From the NCBI RefSeq assembly GCF_048403405.1, contig NZ_CP183129.1: a stretch of 64,000 nucleotides of DNA. The stretch is one strand, 5' to 3'. Numbering within the stretch: the stretch's first letter is position 1; every line of letters starts with the position of its first letter. A model generated the notes under the pieces. The model had not been told where the DNA came from, did not search any database, and saw only the letters and a program-made list of their open reading frames with translations. This document shows, piece by piece, positions 21,770-31,700 of the stretch. The stretch comes from Escherichia coli. Lineage in GTDB: Bacteria; Pseudomonadota; Gammaproteobacteria; Enterobacterales; Enterobacteriaceae. The position numbers were made by a program, and so were the translations under genes.

Positions 21770-22615
21770 TTATTTTCCCGCCTCCGGGTGCGTATCAAAC
21801 GCCGCCATCACCAACGCTAACTCATCCACAGTAAAGCCATGTTTCACATCATCCACGCCCAGACCAAACTGTTCTTGCATCACAGCATATAACGACGCCA
21901 CATCCGCTAGATTTCGCTGTTCCACCGCGTGCCCATTTTCATAATGGGTAAAATGAAAATTGGTCAGTGTCAGCTTGCCGCCGTCCGGCAAATGGCGGCA
22001 CATCAGCAAATGATGGCGAAAATGCGACTGCGGCCAGTGTGCAGACCAGAAATTGCCCATTACATAATCGCTTTGTTGCTGCTCGCAGAGATCAAAACGG
22101 TACATCGACTGCCAGTGCTGATGATGATTAAACTGCAACACCCAATCATCACCCTCCTGTAACAACCGATACTCTCCGTGTGGCGTGAACTGCACGAGAT
22201 CGGGAACTAACCGAATCGGCGCGGTTAGCGTCTGTCCACCGAAACCGACATCAGCAATCCATTTTTCCCCTTCCAGTTCCACCAACAGCAAACGATGGGT
22301 GCGCGGCGGTAATGCTGGCGGATTTGATAACACTACGCGCCCTAACAAGCTGCGAACGTTAAACCCCAGCTCGCGTAACACCCGCTCAAACACGCCATTC
22401 TGCTCAAAACAGTAACCGCCACGACGGGCTGTCACCAGTTTCTCTTCCAGCGATTGATCATCAAGCTGTATTTCCCTTGGCAGCAAAACGTCGAGGTTTT
22501 CAAATGGAATGGTGCAATTGTGTTTCAGGTGCAATGCACGCAGCGTATCAATATTGGCCGCAGCAGCTCCCAACCAGTTAATACGGGCAAAATAGTGATT
22601 CAGAATGGGCGTCAT
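21770..22615 (-). CDS. nhoA: Arylamine N-acetyltransferase / N-hydroxyarylamine O-acetyltransferase
   Basis: 281 aa; NAT family with catalytic Cys context GGYCFEQNG. Confidence 0.93.
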   Translation of the reverse strand: MTPILNHYFARINWLGAAAANIDTLRALHLKHNCTIPFENLDVLLPREIQLDDQSLEEKLVTARRGGYCFEQNGVFERVLRELGFNVRSLLGRVVLSNPPALPPRTHRLLLVELEGEKWIADVGFGGQTLTAPIRLVPDLVQFTPHGEYRLLQEGDDWVLQFNHHQHWQSMYRFDLCEQQQSDYVMGNFWSAHWPQSHFRHHLLMCRHLPDGGKLTLTNFHFTHYENGHAVEQRNLADVASLYAVMQEQFGLGVDDVKHGFTVDELALVMAAFDTHPEAGK

Positions 22616-22789
22616 CAGGCGTTTCCCTTAGTGGTTTTCTCAACTTATAACCTGGAATAGACGCTGCACCGGCTATTTTGTGCGATCGCGGACATGCATC
22701 ACGTTCGCAAATCGCCAATCCCGTTAATTTCGTTACTTATTGCGTTACGAGCTACGCTTTTAAAACACCCTTCATAGCGAGGCGATACC

Positions 22790-23359
22790 GTGAGCCGATT
22801 CATCCCTGTCGAATTACACCATGCCAGCCGTCTGTTAAATCATGGCCCAACTGTCTTGATCACCAGTTTCGATGAGCAATCCCAGCGGCGTAACATTATG
22901 GCAGCCGCCTGGTCAATGCCGGTGGAGTTTGAACCGCCACGCGTGGCGATTGTGGTAGATAAATCGACATGGACCAGGGAGTTGATTGAACGTAATGGTA
23001 AGTTTGGCATCGTTATCCCGGGTGTTGCAGCAACTAACTGGACGTGGGCGGTGGGAAGTGTGTCGGGGCGTGATGAAGATAAGTTTAATTGCTATGGTAT
23101 TCCGGTTGTGAAAGGTCCGGTGCTTGGTTTGCCGCTGGTCGAGGAAAAATGTCTGGCGTGGATGGAGTGTCGCCTGCTACCTGCAACTTCCGCGCAAGAA
23201 AAATACGATACGCTATTTGGCGAAGTGGTATCTGCAGCGGCAGACGCACGAGTATTTGTCGAAGGCCGCTGGCAGTTTGATGATGACAAACTCAATACGT
23301 TGCATCATTTAGGTGCTGGCACGTTTGTTACCAGCGGCCAGCGTGTTACGGCAGGTTAA
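22790..23359 (+). CDS. yddH: Flavin reductase-like (FMN-binding split-barrel) protein
   Basis: 189 aa, GTG start; recognised as YddH. Confidence 0.85.
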   Translation: MSRFIPVELHHASRLLNHGPTVLITSFDEQSQRRNIMAAAWSMPVEFEPPRVAIVVDKSTWTRELIERNGKFGIVIPGVAATNWTWAVGSVSGRDEDKFNCYGIPVVKGPVLGLPLVEEKCLAWMECRLLPATSAQEKYDTLFGEVVSAAADARVFVEGRWQFDDDKLNTLHHLGAGTFVTSGQRVTAG

Positions 23360-23362
23360 GCA

Positions 23363-23590
23363 TTACATGCTGTAACCGGGTTTCTTTATCAAAGCCTCCA
23401 TTTGGGGCTCGATTTCGGCATCCCAGATAGCTTGCCAAGATTCTGGTTGAATCTGCTGTAGAGAAATGCTTATCGAGCTATCTTTACTGTTCAGATGGCG
23501 AATAATAACGTCGGTAATATCTGCAGCGAGTGCTGCTTTTTGTTGTTCGTCCAGTTCACGCGGAAAACATTTAATGTCTATGTGCGGCAT
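23363..23590 (-). CDS. pptA: Tautomerase (4-oxalocrotonate tautomerase family)
   Basis: 75 aa from [18 protein letters not shown] (N-terminal Pro after Met removal) within ORF 23363..23629. Confidence 0.88.
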   Translation of the reverse strand: MPHIDIKCFPRELDEQQKAALAADITDVIIRHLNSKDSSISISLQQIQPESWQAIWDAEIEPQMEALIKKPGYSM

Positions 23591-23895
23591 GATTGTGCTC
23601 CTTTTGAAAGATGTCAGTAAAATTAACACACGTTGTGAATGTCGTGTGTCCGGTAATGCGTTTTTACGGCAATAATGCCTACTTGAAATTGTACATATTT
23701 GTACTACACACTTTTAAATAAAGCGCCAATGAAAACGTTAACTTGCAGAATATATTCTTCGCCAACATGCCATTAAGAAAACATCAAGTTCCCGGCTTGC
23801 CAATTGGTTAACGCCCATTATAGTTATTCTTGCCCTCACTAAAAATTTTCATCCGTAATTACCCCCAATAAAAATCCATTCTGGAGACGCTTAAG

Positions 23896-25872
23896 ATGCA
23901 GCTTAATCATATCGTTAAAAGTCTGCTAATAACGGGATTATTCACCACCAGTTCTTTACCTCTCCTCGCGGCGGAAGCTCCTAAAGACGCCACCGCAGCC
24001 ACGCAACAAGCAAACAATTTACTCTACAACCAGTTGCCGTTTGCCGATAACACTGACTTTACTGATGCCCATAAAGGTTTTATTGCCCCTATCCCTCAAG
24101 ACGTGATTAAGGGCGAACAAGGGAATGTTATCTGGGATCCACAACATTACGCTTTTATCAAAGAAGGCGATAAAGCCCCTGATACGGTGAATCCGAGTTT
24201 ATGGCGTCAGGCGCAACTGATAAATATCAGCGGGTTATTCGAAGTAACTGAAGGTGTCTATCAGATTCGCAATCTCGATCTATCAAATATGACCATCATT
24301 GAAGGCAAAGAGGGTATTACCGTCGTTGATCCCCTTGTTTCAGCAGAAACAGCCAAAGTGGGTATGGATCTCTATTACAAAAATCGCGGCAAAAAACCGG
24401 TAGTGGCGGTTATCTATACACACAGTCATGTCGATCACTACGGTGGTGTTCGTGGCGTAATTGATGAAGCTGACGTTAAATCAGGCAAAGTTAAAATCTA
24501 TGCGCCAGCCGGATTTTTGGAGGAAGCCGTTTCCGAAAACATCATGGCTGGCAATGTTATGAGCCGACGAGCCAGTTATATGTATGGCAACTTATTGAAA
24601 CCTGATGTTAAAGGCCAGGTGGGGGCTGGACTGGGAACGACTACTTCAGCAGGAACAGTCACGTTGATTGCTCCTACTAACTACATCACCAAAACCGGAC
24701 AAAAAGAAACTATTGACGGGTTGACTTATGATTTCCTGATGGCGCCAGGTTCTGAAGCGCCTTCTGAAATGCTGTGGTTTATTGAAGAAAAGAAACTGAT
24801 CGAAACCGCTGAAGATGTCACGCACACCCTTCATAACACCTATTCGCTGCGTGGGGCTAAAATTCGCCAACCGCTGCCGTGGTCAAAATATATTAATGAA
24901 GCTCTCAATTTGTGGGGTGATAAAGCCGAGATTATTCTCGCTCAACATCACTGGCCAACCTGGGGCAACGATAACGTGGTCAAACTGCTTAAAAGCCAGC
25001 GTGATTTGTATCGTTACATCAATGATCAAACTCTGCGCATGGCTAATCAAGGGATGACCCGTGATGAAATTGCCGCAAACTTTAAACTGCCCTCTTCACT
25101 GGCTAACACCTGGGCGAATCGCGGCTATTACGGTTCGGTAAGTCATGACGTGAAAGCAACTTACGTGCTTTATCTCGGCTGGTTTGATGGTAACCCCGCG
25201 ACGCTTGATGAACTGCCGCCAGAAGAAGGCGCAAAAAAATTCGTCGAGTATATGGGCGGTGCTGATGCCATTTTACAGAAAGCCAAACAGGATTATGACC
25301 AGGGTAATTTCCGCTGGGTTGCCCAAGTTGTTAGTAAGGTGGTGTTTGCCGATCCAAACAACCAGGCAGCGAGAGATCTGGAAGCTGATGCGCTTGAGCA
25401 GTTAGGCTATCAGGCTGAATCTGGGCCGTGGCGTAATTTCTATCTCACTGGTGCACAGGAATTGCGTAATGGCGTACAAAAATTACCAACACCAAATACT
25501 GCCAGCCCAGACACCGTGCGTGCGATGACGCCGGAGATGTTCTTTGATTATCTTGCCGTCCATATTAATGGTGAGAAAGCGGCAGATGCCAAAACCGTGT
25601 TGAATTTCGATTTTGGTGAAGATGGCGGCACCTATAAAGTGGAGCTTGAAAATGGTGTTCTCAATCATACCGCTGGTGTAGAGGCTTCGGATGCTGATGC
25701 CACTATCACTCTGTCTCGTGATGTATTGAACAAAATTGTACTGAAAGAAGAGACGCTGAAAGAAGCCACGGCCAAAGGAGATGTCAAAATTACTGGCAAT
25801 GAGGAAAAACTCAACGAGCTGTTAGGTTATATGGATAATTTTGAATTTTGGTTCAATATAGTGACACCATAA
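23896..25872 (+). CDS. Periplasmic alkyl/aryl-sulfatase-like protein (metallo-beta-lactamase fold, SdsA1/YjcS family)
   Basis: 658 aa; signal peptide MQLNHIVKSLLITGLFTTSSLPLLAA; MBL motif YTHSHVDHYGG; C-terminal SCP2-like region; not at this position in K-12 as I recall it. Confidence 0.8.
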   Translation: MQLNHIVKSLLITGLFTTSSLPLLAAEAPKDATAATQQANNLLYNQLPFADNTDFTDAHKGFIAPIPQDVIKGEQGNVIWDPQHYAFIKEGDKAPDTVNPSLWRQAQLINISGLFEVTEGVYQIRNLDLSNMTIIEGKEGITVVDPLVSAETAKVGMDLYYKNRGKKPVVAVIYTHSHVDHYGGVRGVIDEADVKSGKVKIYAPAGFLEEAVSENIMAGNVMSRRASYMYGNLLKPDVKGQVGAGLGTTTSAGTVTLIAPTNYITKTGQKETIDGLTYDFLMAPGSEAPSEMLWFIEEKKLIETAEDVTHTLHNTYSLRGAKIRQPLPWSKYINEALNLWGDKAEIILAQHHWPTWGNDNVVKLLKSQRDLYRYINDQTLRMANQGMTRDEIAANFKLPSSLANTWANRGYYGSVSHDVKATYVLYLGWFDGNPATLDELPPEEGAKKFVEYMGGADAILQKAKQDYDQGNFRWVAQVVSKVVFADPNNQAARDLEADALEQLGYQAESGPWRNFYLTGAQELRNGVQKLPTPNTASPDTVRAMTPEMFFDYLAVHINGEKAADAKTVLNFDFGEDGGTYKVELENGVLNHTAGVEASDADATITLSRDVLNKIVLKEETLKEATAKGDVKITGNEEKLNELLGYMDNFEFWFNIVTP

Positions 25873-25886
25873 ATTTACTGCATACC

Positions 25887-25909
25887 GGGCAGGTATCCTG
25901 CCCTTTTTT
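25887..25909 (+). terminator. Rho-independent terminator after the sulfatase gene
   Basis: gggcagg-tatc-ctgccc followed by TTTTTT, 15 nt after stop. Confidence 0.8.
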
Positions 25910-25918
25910 GGTTAAAAA

Positions 25919-27016
25919 ATGGCTGAACGAAGAAAAACGCATCACTCATGGAAAACCCGCCGCGATATGGTTATTCGCGGCATGACGATTAGTTTGCCAT
26001 GGTTTGCTTTTATCAATGTCAGTTTTGCATTGATAATTTTGCTGCGCCGTGTTCTGTTTAATGACCTTACTCCACCCTGGTTAAATGAAAAAAGCCTTAT
26101 ACATTCTATTGATATATCTGCAACGGGTATTCTGCTGATTTGCAGTGGTTTACTACTCATCCCTCGGCAAAAAACATTACCTATCCAGGTGCTATTAGTT
26201 GCCCTGAGCCTGCTATGGTCATGGTGTAGTTATCACTTTATTGCGTACTGGACGCTGCAGTTTGCTTATCCACTATGTGTATTATTAATGCTTAGTGGCG
26301 TTGTCGCACTTTATTTCCATACCCCATCATTGCTCGCATTTGTCATTCCCTTATGGTTCACCACTCCAATAGCGAGTCTTATGCTTAATCAACAGATCAA
26401 TATTCATTTTGCTGTTGTATGGTGTATTTTTTCACTGGCGCTATATGGTGGGCGACTCATTTTGTTACGTTGGTTTGAAGAAGCATGGGTACAAAACAGT
26501 TATAACAACCAGTTAATTAATCGCCTTGATGCATTAGCACATCGTGATCCTTTAACTGGGATAGCAAACCGACGTGCAATGAACAGTATCTTACACGACG
26601 CGATGGATAACGGCGGGTCATTTGCTCTTATTATGCTGGATGTCGATTTTTTTAAACGTTACAACGACACTTACGGGCATCCTGCTGGGGATCGTTGTCT
26701 AATACAAGTTGCCGACGCTCTACAGCGTTCAACTCGCCAGTCGGAGGATGTTGTTGTCCGTTATGGTGGCGAAGAGTTTGCCATCATACTTTTTAATGCA
26801 ACATTGCCGGAAGCAGAGACGGTAGCAGCCAGAGTGAAGCAAGAACTTAAACTGGCAGCTATCCCACATCAGGCATCTGCTGTTAATGCATTTGTTACGG
26901 TTAGTCAGGGGATTACCTGTTCTGCTCCCGCAAAAACGGCTGAACAAATTATTTCAGATGCCGACGCTGCGTTATACCGGGCGAAAGAAAGTGGGCGAAA
27001 TCGATGGGCTTTATAA
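25919..27016 (+). CDS. Membrane-anchored GGDEF diguanylate cyclase (multi-TM N-terminal sensor-like domain)
   Basis: 365 aa; about 6 predicted TM helices then GGDEF domain with RYGGEEF active-site motif and D-x-LTG; start codon uncertain (ATG at 25919 lies 10 nt after a terminator U-tract with no SD). Confidence 0.8.
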   Translation: MAERRKTHHSWKTRRDMVIRGMTISLPWFAFINVSFALIILLRRVLFNDLTPPWLNEKSLIHSIDISATGILLICSGLLLIPRQKTLPIQVLLVALSLLWSWCSYHFIAYWTLQFAYPLCVLLMLSGVVALYFHTPSLLAFVIPLWFTTPIASLMLNQQINIHFAVVWCIFSLALYGGRLILLRWFEEAWVQNSYNNQLINRLDALAHRDPLTGIANRRAMNSILHDAMDNGGSFALIMLDVDFFKRYNDTYGHPAGDRCLIQVADALQRSTRQSEDVVVRYGGEEFAIILFNATLPEAETVAARVKQELKLAAIPHQASAVNAFVTVSQGITCSAPAKTAEQIISDADAALYRAKESGRNRWAL

Positions 27017-27089
27017 GCATTAGGGGACTGGACAGATTACGTCTCTCCTCGCTTAACAAGGGCTGACGGAGGGTAATAATTGTCTATAG

Positions 27090-27641
27090 CTATCTTCTTA
27101 GCGATGTCTTTCTGGTATCACATTGGATCGGTGCAATTATTTTTCCTTTAATACCCATTATGTTAAGAAATTCAGAAACAGCTGTAATCTCATTGTTTTT
27201 TTCATTCGTCTTGATCTTACAAGGAATCTGACTGTGCATTATTGAGAACACACTAATAACGTGAATCGCTCCCTTGCGACGACTCTTGTCATAAGAGTAC
27301 CGGAGCGTTTTTCCATCAATTGCAATGACGTCTTTATCATCTGAAGAATGGCAGTCAAGCATCCAGTTAATAAAGCACTCATGAAATTTTTCAGGACTGA
27401 TACAGGATACAACTCTGGCAATGGTATCGTGAACAGGAATACCATTATCAAAATCACCATATTGCTTCAAAAAATCGAGATGTGTTTCCCCAAAATCCTC
27501 TATATCTTCCCAGCCTTCTGCACCCGAAATAACGGCACAAATAGTCAACAGTAGAATATCCGATAATTTATGTTCCACTTTCCAGGCTTGTCTGTAATCG
27601 GGGATAATAGAAATATGTCCCATCAATTTTTTAAGTTCCAT
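27090..27641 (-). pseudogene. ISAs1-family (H-repeat, YhhI/YdcC-like) transposase, 3'-truncated fragment
   Basis: N-terminal about 166 aa match the H-rpt protein ([12 protein letters not shown]...[11 protein letters not shown]...IDGKTLR) then the frame diverges and stops; full-length homologs are about 378 aa. Confidence 0.8.
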
Positions 27642-27789
27642 TTTGTTCTCCTTAATTATGTAAGGAGTATTTGATCATGTATACGCAATAAAAAACAGCT
27701 TCAGGTAATGAGGAATATCTCAATTGTTAAACATAAAATGCGAATTGTCTAGTACAAAAAAGCAGCGTTACGTGATCTTTCCGTGGATC

Positions 27790-27912
27790 GTCAAATTGTT
27801 CGAGAGAAAATACCAACATGATGGATTTTACTGTAAAAGTAATGTCGTAGTTTAAAAACTCATCATCCGGTAAAGCCTTGTGGGGCGTGGGCTTTCATAC
27901 TTTTACCCTGAT
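27790..27912 (-). repeat. ISAs1/H-rpt element upstream end (copy 1 of a conserved roughly 120-bp block)
   Basis: tcaaattgttcgagagaaaataccaacatgatgg...cttgtggggcgtgggctttcat...ccctgat is about 85 percent identical to 34529..34650. Confidence 0.65.
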
Positions 27913-28226
27913 GTCTGCTATACGCCGGACACCCTTTACGTAGCATTCGGAATTCACCCGTAAATTTATCACGGCGGTATCACGAAACCTCCGGTTCTGA
28001 TGCCGCTTAGGACTAACGACACGTCAACACAGGTTCGGGTTTATTCATTTCACTGTATCTCATATAATCTGAGCACTCCCCCTGCGCTCGCTACTATGAC
28101 TCTTTACCACAGCAACCGGGGTTGTTTGGGATCGGCTTTCAACAGCAGATCCCGGTGGCTATTGCAAGTAAGTCTACTTTCCACATCAGTGTTACTGACA
28201 CAGAAAATAATGAGTTATGATCCTTG

Positions 28227-28712
28227 TCATATTTTTAATATAGCCCCATGAGCTATAGGATCAAAACCTTCTAACCATGAGGTGTTTTTATCGAATAATG
28301 CACCTGTTATATTTATATCGCCATATCTATCACATAATAAATTAGCGCCACATAAGTCAGCACCAGAAAAATTTGAATCTTTAACGTCTGCATTGCAAAA
28401 GGTTGAATTAGTTAATATAGCACCCTCAAAGTTTGCACCTATTGACCTTGAATTACTAAAGTCACTTCCAGTGAAATCTGAGTTATTAAGAATAGCGTTC
28501 ATCAGAGCCGCATTGCGAAAGACAGCATTTCTAGTTGATGTATGTTGAATCATTACATTTCTTAAATGGGAATTTTCAAATTTCGCCCCATCAAGACAAT
28601 AACCATTGAGGATGGCACGATGTAGATCCATCCCGCTAAAATCATATCCAGCAAGAGTGGTACTATCTATATCAAGAAATTTATTGGTTATTAAAAACGC
28701 GATTCTTATCAT
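28227..28712 (-). CDS. Pentapeptide-repeat protein; putative cognate immunity protein of the adjacent Rhs toxin
   Basis: 161 aa; tandem A(D/N)(L/F)xx pentapeptides ([11 protein letters not shown]..., [33 protein letters not shown]); start ATG overlaps Rhs stop (ATGA) so translationally coupled; AT-rich. Confidence 0.8.
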   Translation of the reverse strand: MIRIAFLITNKFLDIDSTTLAGYDFSGMDLHRAILNGYCLDGAKFENSHLRNVMIQHTSTRNAVFRNAALMNAILNNSDFTGSDFSNSRSIGANFEGAILTNSTFCNADVKDSNFSGADLCGANLLCDRYGDINITGALFDKNTSWLEGFDPIAHGAILKI

Positions 28713-31700
28713 CTATTCCCCCAATCATCTAACTCCGGAAAAATTTGGCTAAACGGATATAGTGGTGCCGATAATGGACGCGTACCTGGCCGCTCAGGAG
28801 GAAGTTTATCACATAACAGACCCGCAACCATCCTGTGATTACCATTAACAATCACATTCCCATCCATATCAACCGGTGGTGCTCCACTACCATCTTCCAG
28901 CATTTGTACGTAGTGAGCTACTACGGGTACTGAGACTTTTTGTTGTACTGTCAACAAGGGACTGTTGGCCACAACCATCCTGATGTTTTCAGGTGTCGTA
29001 GGTAAACATTTAGTCTTCTCTTGACTAAAGGTATCATCCCACAATTTTGTTAAACCCATCACTGCCTGTTGTCTGTATTTATCCATGGGGTCAGCAATCA
29101 ACCAAGATGGACCTGACTGCTCTATGGAATCTTCTCCGGAGAGACCCAACGGATCTATCTTAGTAGTTGGATTCAATGGATACTGATACAGGTTCCATGC
29201 ACCTCTTAGCCCAATGGGATCCTGGGTGATATACCGCCCCTGCAACGGGTCATAGTACCGGTTGCGGTTATAGTACAGCCCCGACTCCTCATCATACTGC
29301 TGCCCCGGCAGACGGTACGGCTGTTGCAGTTGCTGCGCGCTGGTTTCGCCCAGCAGGTTTCCCCACTCGTCATACTCCCCCTGCCACGCCGTTTCCCCTT
29401 CCGGGCTGATGAGCGCCTGCGGCAGCCCCCGGTGGTCGCAGTGGTAAAGATGAAGTGTCCTCTCCGGGATGTATTCCGCCTCCATCTGGTTTTTCATCTG
29501 TTCCGCCGTCAGCCCGCACTGCTGAAGCCATGCCTCACTCTCCGCACTCACCGCACCCGCGCGCAGTTCCCGCTCCAGCCTCCCCAGCATCACCGACAGC
29601 TCCGCCGGTAGCGTCACCCCCGTGTCCTCCTGCAACACCTCCGCCAGACTCCGGTGCCGCGCCTTCGCCTGTTCACCATTCTCTGTTTCGATTCTGATGA
29701 GCGGCGTGAAGCTCCCCGGCTGGTATACCGTCTGGATACGCGTGGTGCCGGTCTGTACCGTCGTCAGCCTGTCACCGTCCCACCCGTACCAGGTCTCCTC
29801 CGGTTTACGCGACAGCGACATCCACCCCGTCAGGTCACGCTCCCGCCGCCACACCCGTTTCCCCGTCCGGCGGCCCAGCGGGTCATAGAGGTAGCGGCTC
29901 TCCACCTGTGGCTCGCCGTGCTGTATCCGCGTGTAGAACACCAGGCGGTGCTGGCTGTCGTAATGGTAGTGGTGCGTCCGCTCGTCGTGCATCCGTATCA
30001 CCCCTTCCGGGATACGGTCCGTCTTCTCCGCCAGCCTGCCGTATTCATCGTAGCGGTAGACATAGTGCGCATCTTCCGTGATGCGGTTATCCGGCCACGC
30101 CGTGAAGGTGCTGTCCGGGTGCAGTTCCGGGTCCGGCAGCCGGTTTCCTGCCGGGTCCGTCGCATACGGGATATCGATATCCAGGTTCGCCGCCGTGGTG
30201 TGAACGCCCGTCAGTCTTCCCGTGTCGCTGTAACGGTACTTCCGGCTCTCCTGCGGGCCGCTGATGCGCACCAGTTGCCCGTTATCGTTCCACGTATACT
30301 CACGGTCAAGCTGCGGAAGGTTCAGGTGCCTGCTCCGGAGCTGCCCTGTGAGGGTGTACGCCGTGGCCTGTTCGTACCCCGCTGTACTGCCCGCCCCGCC
30401 GAAGCTGCGGGCCGTCTCACGGTGCAGCCGGTCCCGCGTGTACTCGACCAGCGGCGTTCCGCCCAGCTTCATCCCCGCAAGATAACCGCTGCCATACGTC
30501 AGCCACTCCACCGGCGGCAGACCGTCCGGCTCCTGACGGGTCGCCAGCCCCTGTTCGCTGTAGACGTGCCTCGTCTCATGCTCCCACAGCATCTCCCCCG
30601 TCTCCTGGTTCTCCACCGTCTGCCGTTCGCCCGTCAGGCGGCCTTTATCGTCATAGCCGTAGTGGACCGCCACACGGTGGCCTTCGCTCAGGTGGCTGAT
30701 TTCTGTCAGCCAGCCGTGGTCGTCATACTGCCACTGCTCCGCCGGGTCGCCGTTCACCGTCCGGTGCGTGATGCGCCCGGCGTCATCGTAGTACCACTGC
30801 GTGACCTGCCCCTCATCCTCGCTGCGGATGAGCTGCCCTGTGGCGCTGTACCGGTAACGCTGTGTCCTGCCGTCAAAGCCGCGCTGCTCCGTCAGCCTGT
30901 CCACCGGGTCATACCGGAACGTGGACTGGCTGCCGTTCTCGTTGGTCAGCACGGTGATGCGCCCGGCGGCGTCATACTCCATGCTGCGCGTCAGTCCGCC
31001 CTGCGTGGTGCTGACGGCCTTTCCCCACGCATCATACTGTGTCTCACTCCGGCTGCCGTTCGGGGCAATGATAGCGGTGAGGTCGCCTGCGGCGCTGTAC
31101 TCATAACGGGTTTCACGTCCCTGCGCATCCTTCTGACTGACCAGTTGACCACGCGGGTTATAACTGCTGTAAGTGCTGATGCCTTCCTCCCGGTGAACCG
31201 CCGTCCTCTGACCGTACCGGTCGTATTCATACCGCGTCGTGTACCCTGAACAGTCCGTAAATGCCTGAAGCTGACCGTACCGGTTTCGCGTTATTCTCCG
31301 CCTCACCCCGGTTCCGTCTTCCACCGCACAGGGCAGGCCACTGCGGGAAGAATCATAAAACCAGCGCGTAATGTTACCGTTGCGCGAGACCTCTTCCGCC
31401 AGCCTGCCCTGACGGTCATATTTCCGGCTGCGGCGCAGCCCGTCCGGGTACGTCACTGACGTCAGTTGCAACTGGTTGTTGTAACCATACCGTACCGTCC
31501 TGCCGTCCGGCAGTATCACTGAAGTCAGCTTTCCCGACGCCATATGCAGCCGGTACTCCGTCCGCCGTCCCGCCGCATCCGTCTGCGCCTTCAGCCTCCC
31601 CGCCTCATCATACTCGCTGCGGGTGATGCTCCCGTCCCCATACTCCTTCTTCACCACCCGCTTCAGGCCGCCCTCGCCCTCCGTGTACAGCACCTCCCGC

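Noticed and set aside
28000-28251. 83-aa plus-strand ORF overlapping the 3' end of the pentapeptide-repeat gene
   Set aside because: Overlaps a better-supported minus-strand gene and the ISAs1 flank; no SD or domain.
29654-31249. 531-aa ORF on the plus strand inside the Rhs gene (also 31544..32113 and 31981..32574)
   Set aside because: Antisense to a well-supported Rhs CDS; GC-rich Rhs cores generate long spurious open frames; translations are low-complexity Arg/Pro/Ala-rich with no domain.
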